Origin: Macrostomum hystrix
Taxonomy: Eukaryota; Animalia; Platyhelminthes
DNA: 64,000 nt
Direction of reading: 5' to 3'
Assembly: GCA_950097015.1 (NCBI GenBank)
Contig: CATNEN010000005.1
Span: forward strand, 1,612,001 to 1,676,000
The translations under genes were made by a program, and so were the position numbers. The notes under the pieces are model-generated. The model had not been told where the DNA came from. It did no database searches and saw only the letters and a program-made list of their open reading frames with translations. Shown in pieces: positions 30,915 to 43,700 of this stretch. Each line of letters begins with the position of its first letter. The first letter of the stretch is position 1.

Positions 30915-31750
30915 GGGGAGTTGCTAGCTGTGGGGGAGTTGGCTGGCTAGGTGGGGAGCTGGCTGGCTAGGTGGGGAGTTGGCTTGCTAGGTGGGGAGTT
31001 GGCTGGCTAGGTGGGGAGTTGGCTGGCTAGGTGGGGAGTTGGGTGGCTATGTGGGGAGTTGGCTGGCTAAGTGGGGAGTTGGCTGGCTAGGTGGGGAGTT
31101 GGCTGGCTAGGTGGGGAGTTGGCTGGCTAGGTGGGGTGTTGGGTGGCTAGGTGGGGAGTTGGCTGGCTAGGTGGGGAGTTGGCTGGCTAGGTGGGGTGTT
31201 GGGTGGCTAGGTGGGCAGTTGGGTGGCTAGGTGGGGTGTTGGGTGGCTAGGTGGGGTGTTGGGTGGCTAGGTGGGGAGTTGGCTGGCTAGGTGGGGAGTT
31301 GGCTGGCTAGGTGGGGTGTTGGGTGGCTAGGTGGGGAGTTGGCTAGGTGGGGAGTTGGGTGGCTAGGTGGGGAGTTAGCTGGCTAGGTGGGCAGTTGGGT
31401 GGCTAGGTGGGGAGTTGGCTAGGTGGGGTGTTGGCTAGGTGGGGAGTTAGGTGGCTAGGTGGGGTGTTGGCTAGGTGGGCAGTTGGGTGGCTAGGTGGGG
31501 AGTTGGCTAGGTGGGGTGTTGGCTAGGTGGGGAGTTAGGTGGCTAGGTGGGGTGTTGGCTAGGTGGGGAGTTGGGTGGCTGGGTGGGCAGTTGGGTGGCT
31601 AGGTGGGCAGTTGGGTGGCTAGGTGGGGAGTTGGGTGGCTAGGTGGGGAGTTGGCTAGGTGGGGTGTTGGCTAGGTGGGGAGTTGGGTGGCTAAAAGGGC
31701 AGTTGGGTGGCTAGGTGGGCAGTTGGGTGGCTAGTTGGGGAGTTGGCTAG
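30915..31750. repeat. G-rich 16/20-bp minisatellite, second block
   Basis: Seen directly in the sequence. Confidence 0.95.
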
Positions 31751-31844
31751 TTTTTTATTTTTTGTTGGATAATCATTTCTGTTCACAAAATGATTCCAGG
31801 GCTGTCTATTGTCGCGCCAGTCTGCGATGGGTCTCAGGTCAGCA

Positions 31845-32430
31845 AGAGAGCGAGAGCGACAGAGAGCGAGAGAGCGAGAGCGAAAGCGAGAGCGAAAGCG
31901 AGAGCGAAAGCGAGAGCGAAAGCGAGAGCGAAAGCGAGAGCGAAAGCGAGAGCGAAAGCGAGAGCGAAAGCGAGAGCGAAAGCGAGAGCGAAAGCGAGAG
32001 CGAAAGCGAGAGCGAAAGCGAGAGCGAAAGCGAGAGCGAAAGCGAGAGCGAAAGCGAGAGCGAAAGCGAGAGCGAGAGCGAAAGCGAGAGCGAAAGCGAA
32101 AGCGAGAGCGAAAGCGAGAGCGAAAGCGAGAGCGAAAGCGAGAGCGAAAGCGAGAGCGAAAGCGAGAGCGAAAGCGAGAGCGAAAGCGAGAGCGAAAGCG
32201 AGAGCGAAAGCGAGAGCGAAAGCGAGAGCGAAAGCGAGAGCGAAAGCGAGAGCGAAAGCGAGAGCGAAAGCGAGAGCGAAAGCGAGAGCGAAAGCGAGAG
32301 CGAAAGCGAGAGCGAAAGCGAGAGCGAAAGCGAGAGCGAAAGCGAGAGCGAAAGCGAGAGCGAAAGCGAGAGCGAGAGCGAGAGAGCGAGAGCGTGCGAG
32401 CGAGAGCGAGAGAGCGAGAGAGCGAGAGCA
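31845..32430. repeat. 12-bp repeat (GCGAGAGCGAAA)n
   Basis: Near-perfect array; it is the source of the ES/RAKA/ERKR ORFs in the track. Confidence 0.98.
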
Positions 32431-33019
32431 AGTGGCAGGGAAGGAAAATAATAACATAGGATGAGTACTTACGGCGTTCCCACCAGAGTACTGATACGTC
32501 TGAGGGGCGTGCCTTCTCGCCGGACCCGCACCCAGAACGCATTGGCACAAACGATCCCGCACCTGTGCGGGTTTGACTTGCATGTTTACCCAGATGGCAA
32601 ATTTGCCAACTGGGCAAACAAAATGTCCACCGACAGGTGCCGGCTCAATTATTCGAGCTCCCATGCCTTCAGGGCCCCACTGCACTAGCTCCTCCACCTT
32701 CATCTTGTTGTTGCTGGTTAGCGCTGGTTGTCAAATGAAGAAATCAGCTGAGAGTCGGTTGGTTGGTTGCAGGTCCCGTTGCTGTTGCTGCTGCTGCTGA
32801 CACGGGGTTTTACTGTTGCTTGTAGGGTTAGGCTTAGGGTTAGCTGTTGGCTGACCGAAAAGCTGAAATGCCATAGATATCTTGCCACTATATCAGCTAT
32901 AAATATATAGCGTTCGTGATATGATATTCATTGGTTCATGCTGTTTCTAATATTATTGTGCACAAAACATGGAGCATTGTTTTTTTGTTCATTTTTGCTT
33001 TAGACTGGAGAATGAGATG

Positions 33020-34430
33020 AGGGGTGGCTAGGTTGGGAATTGGGTGGCTAGGTGGGGAGTTGGGTGGCTAGGTTGGGAGGTTTGTCGGGCTAGGTGGGGA
33101 GTTGGCTAGGTGGGGAGTTGGCTGGCTAGGTGGGGAGTTGGCTGGCTAGGTGGGGAGTTGGCTGGCTAGGTGGGGTGTTGGGTGGCTAGGTGGGGAGTTG
33201 GGTGGCTAGGTGGGGAGTTGGCTGGCTAGGTGGGGTGTTGGGTGGCTAGGTGGGCAGTTGGGTGGCTAGGTGGGGAGTTGGCTAGGTGGGGTGTTGGCTA
33301 GGTGGGGAGTTAGGTGGCTAGGTGGGGAGTTGGCTAGGTGGGGAGTTGGCTAGGTGGGGAGTTGGCTAGGTGGGGTGTTGGCTAGGTGGGGAGTTAGGTG
33401 GCTAGGTGGGGTGTTGGCTAGGTGGGGAGTTGGGTGGCTAGGTGGGGAGTTGGGTGGCTAGGTGGGGAGTTGGCTAGGTGGGGTGTTGGCTAGGTGGGGA
33501 GTTGGGTGGCTAGGTGGGCAGTTGGGTGGCTAGGTGGGGAGTTGGCTAGGTGGGGTGTTGGCTAGGTGGGGAGTTGGGTGGCTGGGTGGGCAGTTGGGTG
33601 GCTAGGTGGGCAGTTGGGTGGCTAGGTGGGGAGTTGGCTAGGTGGGGTGTTGGCTAGGTGGGGAGTTGGGTGGCTAAAAGGGCAGTTGGGTGGCTAGGTG
33701 GGGTGTTGGCTAGGTAGGGTGTTGGCTAGGTGGGGTGTTGGCTAGGTGGGGAGTTGGGTGGCTAAAAGGGCAGTTGGGTGGCTAGGTGGGCAGTTGGGTG
33801 GCTAGTTGGGGAGTTGGCTAGGTGGGGAGTTGGGTGGCTAAAAGGGCAGTTGGGTGGCTAGGTGGGGTGTTGGCTAGGTAGGGTGTTGGCTAGGTGGGGT
33901 GTTGGCTAGGTGGGGAGTTGGGTGGCTAAAAGGGCAGTTGGGTGGCTAGGTGGGCAGTTGGGTGGCTAGGTGGGGAGTTGGCTAGGTGGGGTGTTGGCTA
34001 GGTGGGGAGTTGGGTGGCTAAAAGGGCAGTTGGGTGGCTAGGTGGGGTGTTGGCTAGGTAGGGTGTTGGCTAGGTGGGGTGTTGGCTAGGTGGGGAGTTG
34101 GCTAGGTGGGGAGTTGGGTGGCTAAAAGGGCAGTTGGGTGGCTAGGTGGGCAGTTGGGTGGCTAGGTGGGCAGTTGGGTGGCTAGGTAGGGAGTTGGCTG
34201 GCTAGGTGGGCAGTTGGGTGGCTAGGTGGGGAGTTGGCTAGGTGGGGTGTTGGCTAGGTGGGGAGTTGGGTGGCTAAAAGGGCAGTTGGGTGGCTAGGTG
34301 GGGTGTTGGCTAGGTAGGGTGTTGGCTAGTTGGGGTGTTGGCTAGGTGGGGAGTTGGGTGGCTAAAAGGGCAGTTGGGTGGCTAGGTGGGCAGTTGGGTG
34401 GCTAGTTGGGGAGTTGGCTAGATGTTGGCT
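33020..34430. repeat. G-rich 16/20-bp minisatellite, third block
   Basis: Seen directly in the sequence. Confidence 0.95.
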
Positions 34431-35493
34431 AGTTTTTTATTTTTTGTTGGATAAATCATTTCTGTTCACAAAATGATTCCAGGGCTGTCTATTGTCGCGC
34501 CAGTCTGCGATGGCAGAGGTGGCAGAGGTCACCGCTGAGGTGGCAGAAGATGAGTGGTGCCCCTTGCACCATTTAAGCTGCTGCCAAAAGTTGCTGGCCA
34601 ATACGTGCCGTAGGAAACATTGTCCAAGAGACAATGATTTCTACGCAATCTGCAATCGGCCAGGCTGCTTTTGGGGGCAAAATTCATGGTGCGAGGGGCC
34701 AGTTCCTTCGTGTTCTAAGCCGTCTTCGCCGCCTAAGCCTGGTTTAGACTGGCAAAGCTGCACTGTGCGGACCGCTTCTGCAAAATATCGTTGGTCCGTT
34801 CGTTTGGCTGCCAAACGTGCCGCAACTGGCAAAGTGCCAAGCCTAGCCACGCTGGCCAGTCTGGCGGCTTGCAGAAGCGGACCACTGCCACTGCACTTAT
34901 GCAGTCGTGGTGTGCGGAAGGTTTTGGTCACCGACCTATGAATGAGTGACCCCTTAACGAAAAAACGGCCCTTTTCAGGGCCACCACATTCGTGATTCTT
35001 GCGTTTAGTCAACTCTTTTAACTCCGCCATTGCCGGTCCCCAGCCCGGATGAAAAAGGAGGAGGGAAAGAAAATATACACATGCTCACGTTCGTGTCACT
35101 GTTTTTTCTGTTTTCGTTTTTGATAAAACTGTCTTGCCATTTTCCACTTGAAATGTCTCATGATGCTTTTTGTCTTTCTTATTTTCCGCATTACTTTGTA
35201 AATTACGTTGTAAACCTAATAAAAGTTGTAAGCCTAGGAAGGCAACAATCGTGCAAAGGCCTCCAAAGCTATAAAAACCCTATAGAGCAGTGTCAGACAC
35301 GCTGGCAGACACCCTACAGTGTCTGTAAGTAAAGCCAGGTGCCAACTTACAACTAATCAAAACTGTAAAAATTTCAGTTTAGTTGTGGTAGCTGTATATC
35401 TCAAAAAGAGTTACAAATATTTCGTCTCATATATCTACTGTAGAATTTGTCTCATATTGACTTCTTGCAAGTCAAAGTCCAAGCCCTGGATTT

Positions 35494-36274
35494 CTTAGAC
35501 CTAAAAAGTGAAACTTTGACTTCTTGCAATTTTAAAGTCCAAGCCGGCACCTCTAGATGGTCGGGACAGAAAGTTGTGGCTATTATAGATTCCGGTTGAG
35601 TCCCCCGAGATTGTCTATTGGGTGCCAACTTGAGCTCTGAGCGGCTACCTAACTTGTCAAAGAGCAATACTACTTATTCGAAAATTGACCAAATCGAAAT
35701 TTCAGTCATTGGCGGGCAATGTTGGAAATGATATTTCTCGACTAGAGGTTGACGCCCTGAGTCTAGAGGCGCCAGTCCGGCACCTCTAGATGGTCGGGAC
35801 AGAAAGTTGTGGCTCTTTTTAGAATTTTATGAGTTTGACTTGTTATCAGTCAATGTCCTTGACTTTCCATAAAGTCAATGCTTCCTACATCCTTCTCGGG
35901 CCGATTCGAGACAGTTCCCGAGGTCCCCGGGAACTGATTTTGGTGTCGTTCGAAAGGCCTGGCGATGCTCTATAGATTCCGGTTGAGTCCCCCGAGATTT
36001 TCTTTTGGGTGCCAACTTGGGCTCTGAGCGGCTACCTAACTTGTCAAAGAGCAATACTTATTCGAAAATTGACCAAATCGAAATTTCAGTCATTGGCGTG
36101 CAATGTTGGAAATGATATTTCTCGACTAGAGGTTGACGCCCTGAGTCTAGAGGCGCCAGTCCGGCACCTCTAGATGGTCGGGACAGAAAGTTGTGGCTAT
36201 TTTTAGAATTTCATGAGTTTGACTTGTTATCAGTCAATGTCCTTGACTTTCCATAAAGTCAATGCTTCCTACAT
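35494..36274 (+). repeat. Tandem ~384-bp hairpin-rich repeat (left arm, about 2 units)
   Basis: GCCAGTCCGGCACCTCTAGATGG recurs at 35771 and 36155; the first unit is internally deleted. Confidence 0.9.
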
Positions 36275-36278
36275 TTCG

Positions 36279-37722
36279 TCTTGACTTACTTGACTTAGCG
36301 GCAGGGGGCCTCCATGACGGACGCAGCGAGGAGGCGGCTGGTGCCGCCCATATCGCTAACCCCTGGCAGCCAGACGGCCTCCAGCGAGGCGGTGCCGCTC
36401 AGGGTGGTCCGTCGGTCGGTTCCGCCGCGCGATCTTCCTCGCCATAGGCTGGGAAGAAATCAGCTCGGCCGGTATCCCGGAGGAAGTGGGCGAGCTGTGG
36501 GATGTTCTCGGGCGAGCAGGCTTCGGCTAGAGTCGGTGCCGGCCCGAGGTGTTTTAGCCTAGCCCGGGTGAAGGCCGGGCAGTGGCAGATGAAATGCTCG
36601 GCGTTTTCACGTCCGGAGCAGCAGAAGGGACACGTTTCCTCAGGCACGTGGCCTTGGAGGTAGCGGTGTCTGGTGAAGCAGCCATGTCCCGAGAGGGCCA
36701 TGGTGACTGCTCTCAAGTCTCTGCGGTTTAGCCTGAGTAAGGCCTTTCGCAGGTTACTAGAGGGGGTTGGCACCGCAGCCCTGGACTGGCGACAGTTCAG
36801 GGTGCTGGACCATCTCCTCCGATGCTGGGTCTCCATCCAGCGGTTAATGCTGGAGTTGACAACAGAGGCGGGGATCGGGGATTCCGGGCCCGGGCCCATC
36901 AGGGAGCTGGCTGCTCCAGCCTTTGCAAGCTGGTCCGCCATCTCATTCCCTGTGAGCCCGGCGTGCCCAGGGATCCACATCAGCTCCACCTTGTTAGACT
37001 GCGCCAAACCGTTTAACTGGGTGTTGCAGTCCAATGTGGTTCTGGAGCGAGAGGTGCAGCGACTGAGGGCCTTGAGGGCTGCTTGACTGTCGGAGTGAAA
37101 AAAGATCCTCCGGCCAGCCAGCTGCCTCTGGCGCAGCTCAGCCGCACAGAAACTGATGGCGAGCATTTCGTTTTGGAAAACGCTTGAGCTCTTGCCACAG
37201 TATTGGGAGTGGGTCCAGAGGACCTCGCCACCCGAGGCGACGCACACCCCGAATCCCGATTTACCGTTCATCAGGGAGCCGTCAGTGTAACAGTGGACTG
37301 CGGGGTCATCCCAGCAGTCCTTTACCTCATTACGAGGGAAGATGCTGACTTTGTACCTGTGGCTCCGGAGTAAAGTGGCCGGGGCCCCGTCCGAAAGGAT
37401 GGTGAGCCCTCCGCACTCGCCCAGAGTTTTCAGGCAGAGGTCAGAGTGGGGCAGAAGGGAGCGCTTCGAGAAGGCTCGCGAATTCTGGAAGGAGACACCC
37501 GCATCAAGGAGACGACGGGTGGACTTTGCCGCTTCCCCCTTAACGAAAATGTCAATGGGTGTAGCGTTGAGGAAAGCGTTCATGCCTTCGAAGGGAGTGG
37601 AGGGTGAGGCGCCCAGCGTCATACGACAGGCTCTGCCCTGCACCCTATATAGCGCCTCCAGGTTCTTCTGGACGCCCATGGCACTGGCCCAGATGAGGCC
37701 AGCGTAAGCGACTGACGGTCTT
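36279..37722 (-). mobile_element. 5'-truncated I-group (Loa/R1-like) LINE: end of RT, RNase H and CCHC
   Basis: [48 protein letters not shown] and [25 protein letters not shown]-type tail at 36279-36297. No TSD found. Confidence 0.9.
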
Positions 37723-40700
37723 GAGACCCGATTCCTATGAGAGCCGATTCCTATGAGAGCCGATTCCTATGAGAGCCGATTCCTATGAGGGCCGATTCCT
37801 TTGAGAGCCGATTCCTATGAGAGCCGATTCCTATGAGGGCCGATTCCTATGAGAGCCGATTCCTATGAGAGCCGATTTCTATGAGGGCCGATTCCTATGA
37901 GAGCCGATTCCTATGAGGGCCGATTCCTATGAGAGCCGATTCCTATGAGAGCCGATTTCTATGAGGGCGGATTCCTTTGAGAGCCGATTCCTTTGAGGGC
38001 CGATTCCCATGAGGGCCGATTCCTATGAGAGCCGATTCCTATGAGGGCCGATTCCTATGAGGGCCGATTCCTATGAGACCCGATTCCTATGAGAGCCGAT
38101 TCCTATGAGAGCCGATTCCTATGAGAGCCGATTCCTATGAGAGCCGATTCCTATCGGTTCCTATGAGACCCGATTCCTATGAGAGCCGATTCCTATGACA
38201 GCCGATTCCTATGAGAGCGGATTCCTATGAGAGCCGATTCCTATCGGTTCCTATGAGACCCGATTCCTATGAGAGCCGATTCCTATGACAGCCGATTCCT
38301 ATGAGAGCCGATTCCTATGAGAGCCGATTCCTATCGGTTCCTATGAGAGCCGATTCCTATGAGAGCCGATTCCTATGAGAGCCGATTCCTATGAGAGCCG
38401 ATTCCTATGAGAGCCGATTCCTATGAGGGCCGATTCCTATGAGAGCCGGTTCCTATCGGTTCCTATGAGAGCCGGTTCCTATCGGTTCCTATGAGACCCG
38501 ATTCCTATGAGAGCCGATTCCTATGAGAACCGATTCCTATGAGAGCCGATTCCTATGAGAGCCGATTCCTATGAGAGCCGATTCCTATGAGAGCCGATTC
38601 CTATGAGAGCCGATTCCTATGAGAGCCGATTCCTATGAGAGCCGATTCCTATGAGAGCCGATTCCTATGAGGGCCGATTCCTATGAGAGCCGGTTCCTAT
38701 CGGTTCCTATGAGAGCCGGTTCCTATCGGTTCCTTTGAGAGCCGATTCCTATGAGAGCCGATTCCTATGAGAGCCGGTTCCTATCGGTTCCTATGAGAGC
38801 CGGTTCCTATCGGTTCCTATGAGAGCCGATTCCTATGAGACCCGATTCCTATGAGAGCCGGTTCCTATCGGTTCCTATGAGAGCCGGTTCCTATCGGTTC
38901 CTATGAGACCCGATTCCTATGAGGGCCGATTCCTATGAGAGCCGATCCCTATGAGAGCCGATTCCTATGAGAGCCGATTCCTATGAGAGCCGATTCCTAT
39001 GAGGGCCGATTCCTATGAGAGCCGATTCCTATGAGAGCCGATTCCTATGAGAGCCGATTCCTATGAGACCCGATTCCTATGAGGGCCGATTCCTATGAGA
39101 GCCGATTCCTATGAGAGCCGATTCCTATGAGAGCCGATTCCTTTGAGACCCGATTCCTATGAGAGCCGGTTCCTATCGGTTCCTATGAGAGCCGGTTCCT
39201 ATCGGTTCCTATGAGACCCGATTCCTATGAGAGCCGATTCCTATGAGAACCGATTCCTATGAGAGCCGATTCCTATGAGAGCCGATTCCTATGAGAGCCG
39301 ATTCCTATGAGAGCCGATTCCTATGAGAGCCGATTCCTATGAGAGCCGATTCCTATGAGAGCCGATTCCTATGAGGGCCGATTCCTATGAGAGCCGGTTC
39401 CTATCGGTTCCTATGAGAGCCGGTTCCTATCGGTTCCTTTGAGAGCCGATTCCTATGAGAGCCGATTCCTATCGGTTCCTATGAGAGCCGATTCCTATGA
39501 GACCCGATTCCTATGAGAGCCGGTTCCTATCGGTTCCTATGAGAGCCGGTTCCTATCGGTTCCTATGAGACCCGATTCCTATGAGGGCCGATTCCTATGA
39601 GAGCCGATTCCTATGAGAGCCGATTCCTATGAGAGCCGATTCCTATGAGAGCCGATTCCTATGAGAGCCGATTCCTATTAGAGCCCATTCCTATGAGGGC
39701 CGATTCCTATGAGAGCCGATTCCTATGAGAGCCGATTCCTATGAGAGCCGATTCCTATGAGACCCGATTCCTATGAGGGCCGATTCCTATGAGAGCCGAT
39801 TCCTATGAGAGCCGATTCCTATGAGAGCCGATTCCTATGAGACCCGATTCCTATGAGAGCCGATTCCTTTGAGACCCGATTCCTATGAGAGCCGATTCCT
39901 ATGAGAGCCGATTCCTATGAGAGCCGATTCCTATGAGAGCCGATTCCTTTGAGACCCGATTCCTATGAGAGCCGATTCCTATGAGAGCCGATTCCTATGA
40001 GACCCGATTCCTATGAGGGCCGATTCCTATGAGACCCGATTCCTATGAGAGCCGATTCCAATGAGAGCCGATTCCTATGAGAGCCGATTCCTATGAGAGC
40101 CGATTCCTATGAGAGCCGATTCCTATGAGAGCCGGTTCCTATCGGTTCCTATGAGAGCCGGTTCCTATCGGTTCCTTTGAGAGCCGATTCCTATGAGAGC
40201 CGATTCCTATCGGTTCCTATGAGAGCCGATTCCTATGAGAGCCGGTTCCCATAGGTTCCCATGAGAGCCGGTTCCTATCGGTTCCTATGAGACCCGATTC
40301 CTATGAGAGCCGATTCCTATGAGGGCCGATTCCTATGAGAGCCGATTCCTATGAGGGCCGATTCCTATGAGAGCCGATTCCTAGGAGAGCCGATTCCTAT
40401 GAGAGCCGATTCCTATGAGAGCCGATTTCTATGAGGGCCGATTCCTATGAGAGCCGATTCCTATGAGGGCCGATTCCTATGAGAGCTGATTCCTATGAGA
40501 GCCGATTCCTTTGAGGGCCGATTCCTATGAGGGCCGATTCCTATGAGAGCCGATTCCTATGAGAGCCGATTTCTATGAGGGCCGATTCCTATGAGAGCCG
40601 ATTCCTATGAGGGCCGATTCCTATGAGAGCCGATTCCTATGAGAGCCGATTTCTATGAGGGCGGATTCCTTTGAGAGCCGATTCCATTGAGGGCCGATTC

Positions 40701-43700
40701 CCATGAGGGCCGATTCCTATGAGAGCCGATTCCTATGAGGGCCGATTCCTATGAGGGCCGATTCCTATGAGACCCGATTCCTATGAGAGCCGATTCCTAT
40801 GAGAGCCGATTCCTATGAGAGCCGATTCCTATGAGAGCCGATTCCTATCGGTTCCTATGAGACCCGATTCCTATGAGAGCCGATTCCTATGACAGCCGAT
40901 TCCTATGAGAGCGGATTCCTATGAGAGCCGATTCCTATCGGTTCCTATGAGACCCGATTCCTATGAGAGCCGATTCCTATGACAGCCGATTCCTATGAGA
41001 GCCGATTCCTATGAGAGCCGATTCCTATCGGTTCCTATGAGAGCCGATTCCTATGAGAGCCGATTCCTATGAGAGCCGATTCCTATGAGAGCCGATTCCT
41101 ATGAGAGCCGATTCCTATGAGGGCCGATTCCTATGAGAGCCGGTTCCTATCGGTTCCTATGAGAGCCGGTTCCTATCGGTTCCTATGAGACCCGATTCCT
41201 ATGAGAGCCGATTCCTATGAGAACCGATTCCTATGAGAGCCGATTCCTATGAGAGCCGATTCCTATGAGAGCCGATTCCTATGAGAGCCGATTCCTATGA
41301 GAGCCGATTCCTATGAGAGCCGATTCCTATGAGAGCCGATTCCTATGAGAGCCGATTACTATGAGAGCCGATTCCTATGAGAGCCGATTCCTATGAGAGC
41401 CGATTCCTATGAGGGCCGATTCCTATGAGAGCCGGTTCCTATCGGTTCCTATGAGAGCCGGTTCCTATCGGTTCCTTTGAGAGCCGATTCCTATGAGAGC
41501 CGATTCCTATGAGAGCCGGTTCCTATCGGTTCCTATGAGACCCGATTCCTATGAGAGCCGATTCCTATGACAGCCGATTCCTATGAGAGCCGATTCCTAT
41601 GAGAGCCGATTCCTATCGGTTCCTATGAGAGCCGATTCCTATGAGAGCCGATTCCTATGAGAGCCGATTCCTATGAGAGCCGATTCCTATGAGAGCCGAT
41701 TCCTATGAGGGCCGATTCCTATGAGAGCCGGTTCCTATCGGTTCCTATGAGAGCCGGTTCCTATCGGTTCCTATGAGACCCGATTCCTATGAGAGCCGAT
41801 TCCTATGAGAACCGATTCCTATGAGAGCCGATTCCTATGAGAGCCGATTCCTATGAGAGCCGATTCCTATGAGAGCCGATTCCTATGAGAGCCGATTCCT
41901 ATGAGAGCCGATTCCTATGAGAGCCGATTCCTATGAGAGCCGATTCCTATGAGGGCCGATTCCTATGAGAGCCGGTTCCTATCGGTTCCTATGAGAGCCG
42001 GTTCCTATCGGTTCCTTTGAGAGCCGATTCCTATGAGAGCCGATTCCTATGAGAGCCGGTTCCTATCGGTTCCTATGAGAGCCGGTTCCTATCGGTTCCT
42101 ATGAGAGCCGATTCCTATGAGACCCGATTCCTATGAGAGCCGGTTCCTATCGGTTCCTATGAGAGCCGGTTCCTATCGGTTCCTATGAGACCCGATTCCT
42201 ATGAGGGCCGATTCCTATGAGAGCCGATCCCTATGAGAGCCGATTCCTATGAGAGCCGATTCCTATGAGAGCCGATTCCTATGAGGGCCGATTCCTATGA
42301 GAGCCGATTCCTATGAGAGCCGATTCCTATGAGAGCCGATTCCTATGAGACCCGATTCCTATGAGGGCCGATTCCTATGAGAGCCGATTCCTATGAGAGC
42401 CGATTCCTATGAGAGCCGATTCCTTTGAGACCCGATTCCTATGAGAGCCGGTTCCTATCGGTTCCTATGAGAGCCGGTTCCTATCGGTTCCTATGAGACC
42501 CGATTCCTATGAGAGCCGATTCCTATGAGAACCGATTCCTATGAGAGCCGATTCCTATGAGAGCCGATTCCTATGAGAGCCGATTCCTATGAGAGCCGAT
42601 TCCTATGAGAGCCGATTCCTATGAGAGCCGATTCCTATGAGAGCCGATTCCTATGAGGGCCGATTCCTATGAGAGCCGGTTCCTATCGGTTCCTATGAGA
42701 GCCGGTTCCTATCGGTTCCTTTGAGAGCCGATTCCTATGAGAGCCGATTCCTATCGGTTCCTATGAGAGCCGATTCCTATGAGACCCGATTCCTATGAGA
42801 GCCGGTTCCTATCGGTTCCTATGAGAGCCGGTTCCTATCGGTTCCTATGAGACCCGATTCCTATGAGGGCCGATTCCTATGAGAGCCGATTCCTATGAGA
42901 GCCGATTCCTATGAGAGCCGATTCCTATGAGAGCCGATTCCTATGAGAGCCGATTCCTATTAGAGCCCATTCCTATGAGGGCCGATTCCTATGAGAGCCG
43001 ATTCCTATGAGAGCCGATTCCTATGAGAGCCGATTCCTATGAGACCCGATTCCTATGAGGGCCGATTCCTATGAGAGCCGATTCCTATGAGAGCCGATTC
43101 CTATGAGAGCCGATTCCTATGAGACCCGATTCCTATGAGAGCCGATTCCTTTGAGACCCGATTCCTATGAGAGCCGATTCCTATGAGAGCCGATTCCTAT
43201 GAGAGCCGATTCCTATGAGAGCCGATTCCTTTGAGACCCGATTCCTATGAGAGCCGATTCCTATGAGAGCCGATTCCTATGAGACCCGATTCCTATGAGG
43301 GCCGATTCCTATGAGACCCGATTCCTATGAGAGCCGATTCCAATGAGAGCCGATTCCTATGAGAGCCGATTCCTATGAGAGCCGATTCCTATGAGAGCCG
43401 ATTCCTATGAGAGCCGGTTCCTATCGGTTCCTATGAGAGCCGGTTCCTATCGGTTCCTTTGAGAGCCGATTCCTATGAGAGCCGATTCCTATCGGTTCCT
43501 ATGAGAGCCGATTCCTATGAGAGCCGGTTCCCATAGGTTCCCATGAGAGCCGGTTCCTATCGGTTCCTATGAGACCCGATTCCTATGAGAGCCGATTCCT
43601 ATGAGGGCCGATTCCTATGAGAGCCGATTCCTATGAGGGCCGATTCCTATGAGAGCCGATTCCTAGGAGAGCCGATTCCTATGAGAGCCGATTCCTATGA

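Noticed and set aside
31691-32464. ES/RAKA/ERKR/RSRF repeat ORFs
   Set aside because: All frames of a 12-bp repeat are open; there is no evidence of coding.
32824-32843. Telomere-like TTAGGG/TTAGGC sequence
   Set aside because: Only about 3 imperfect units; too short to call an interstitial telomere.
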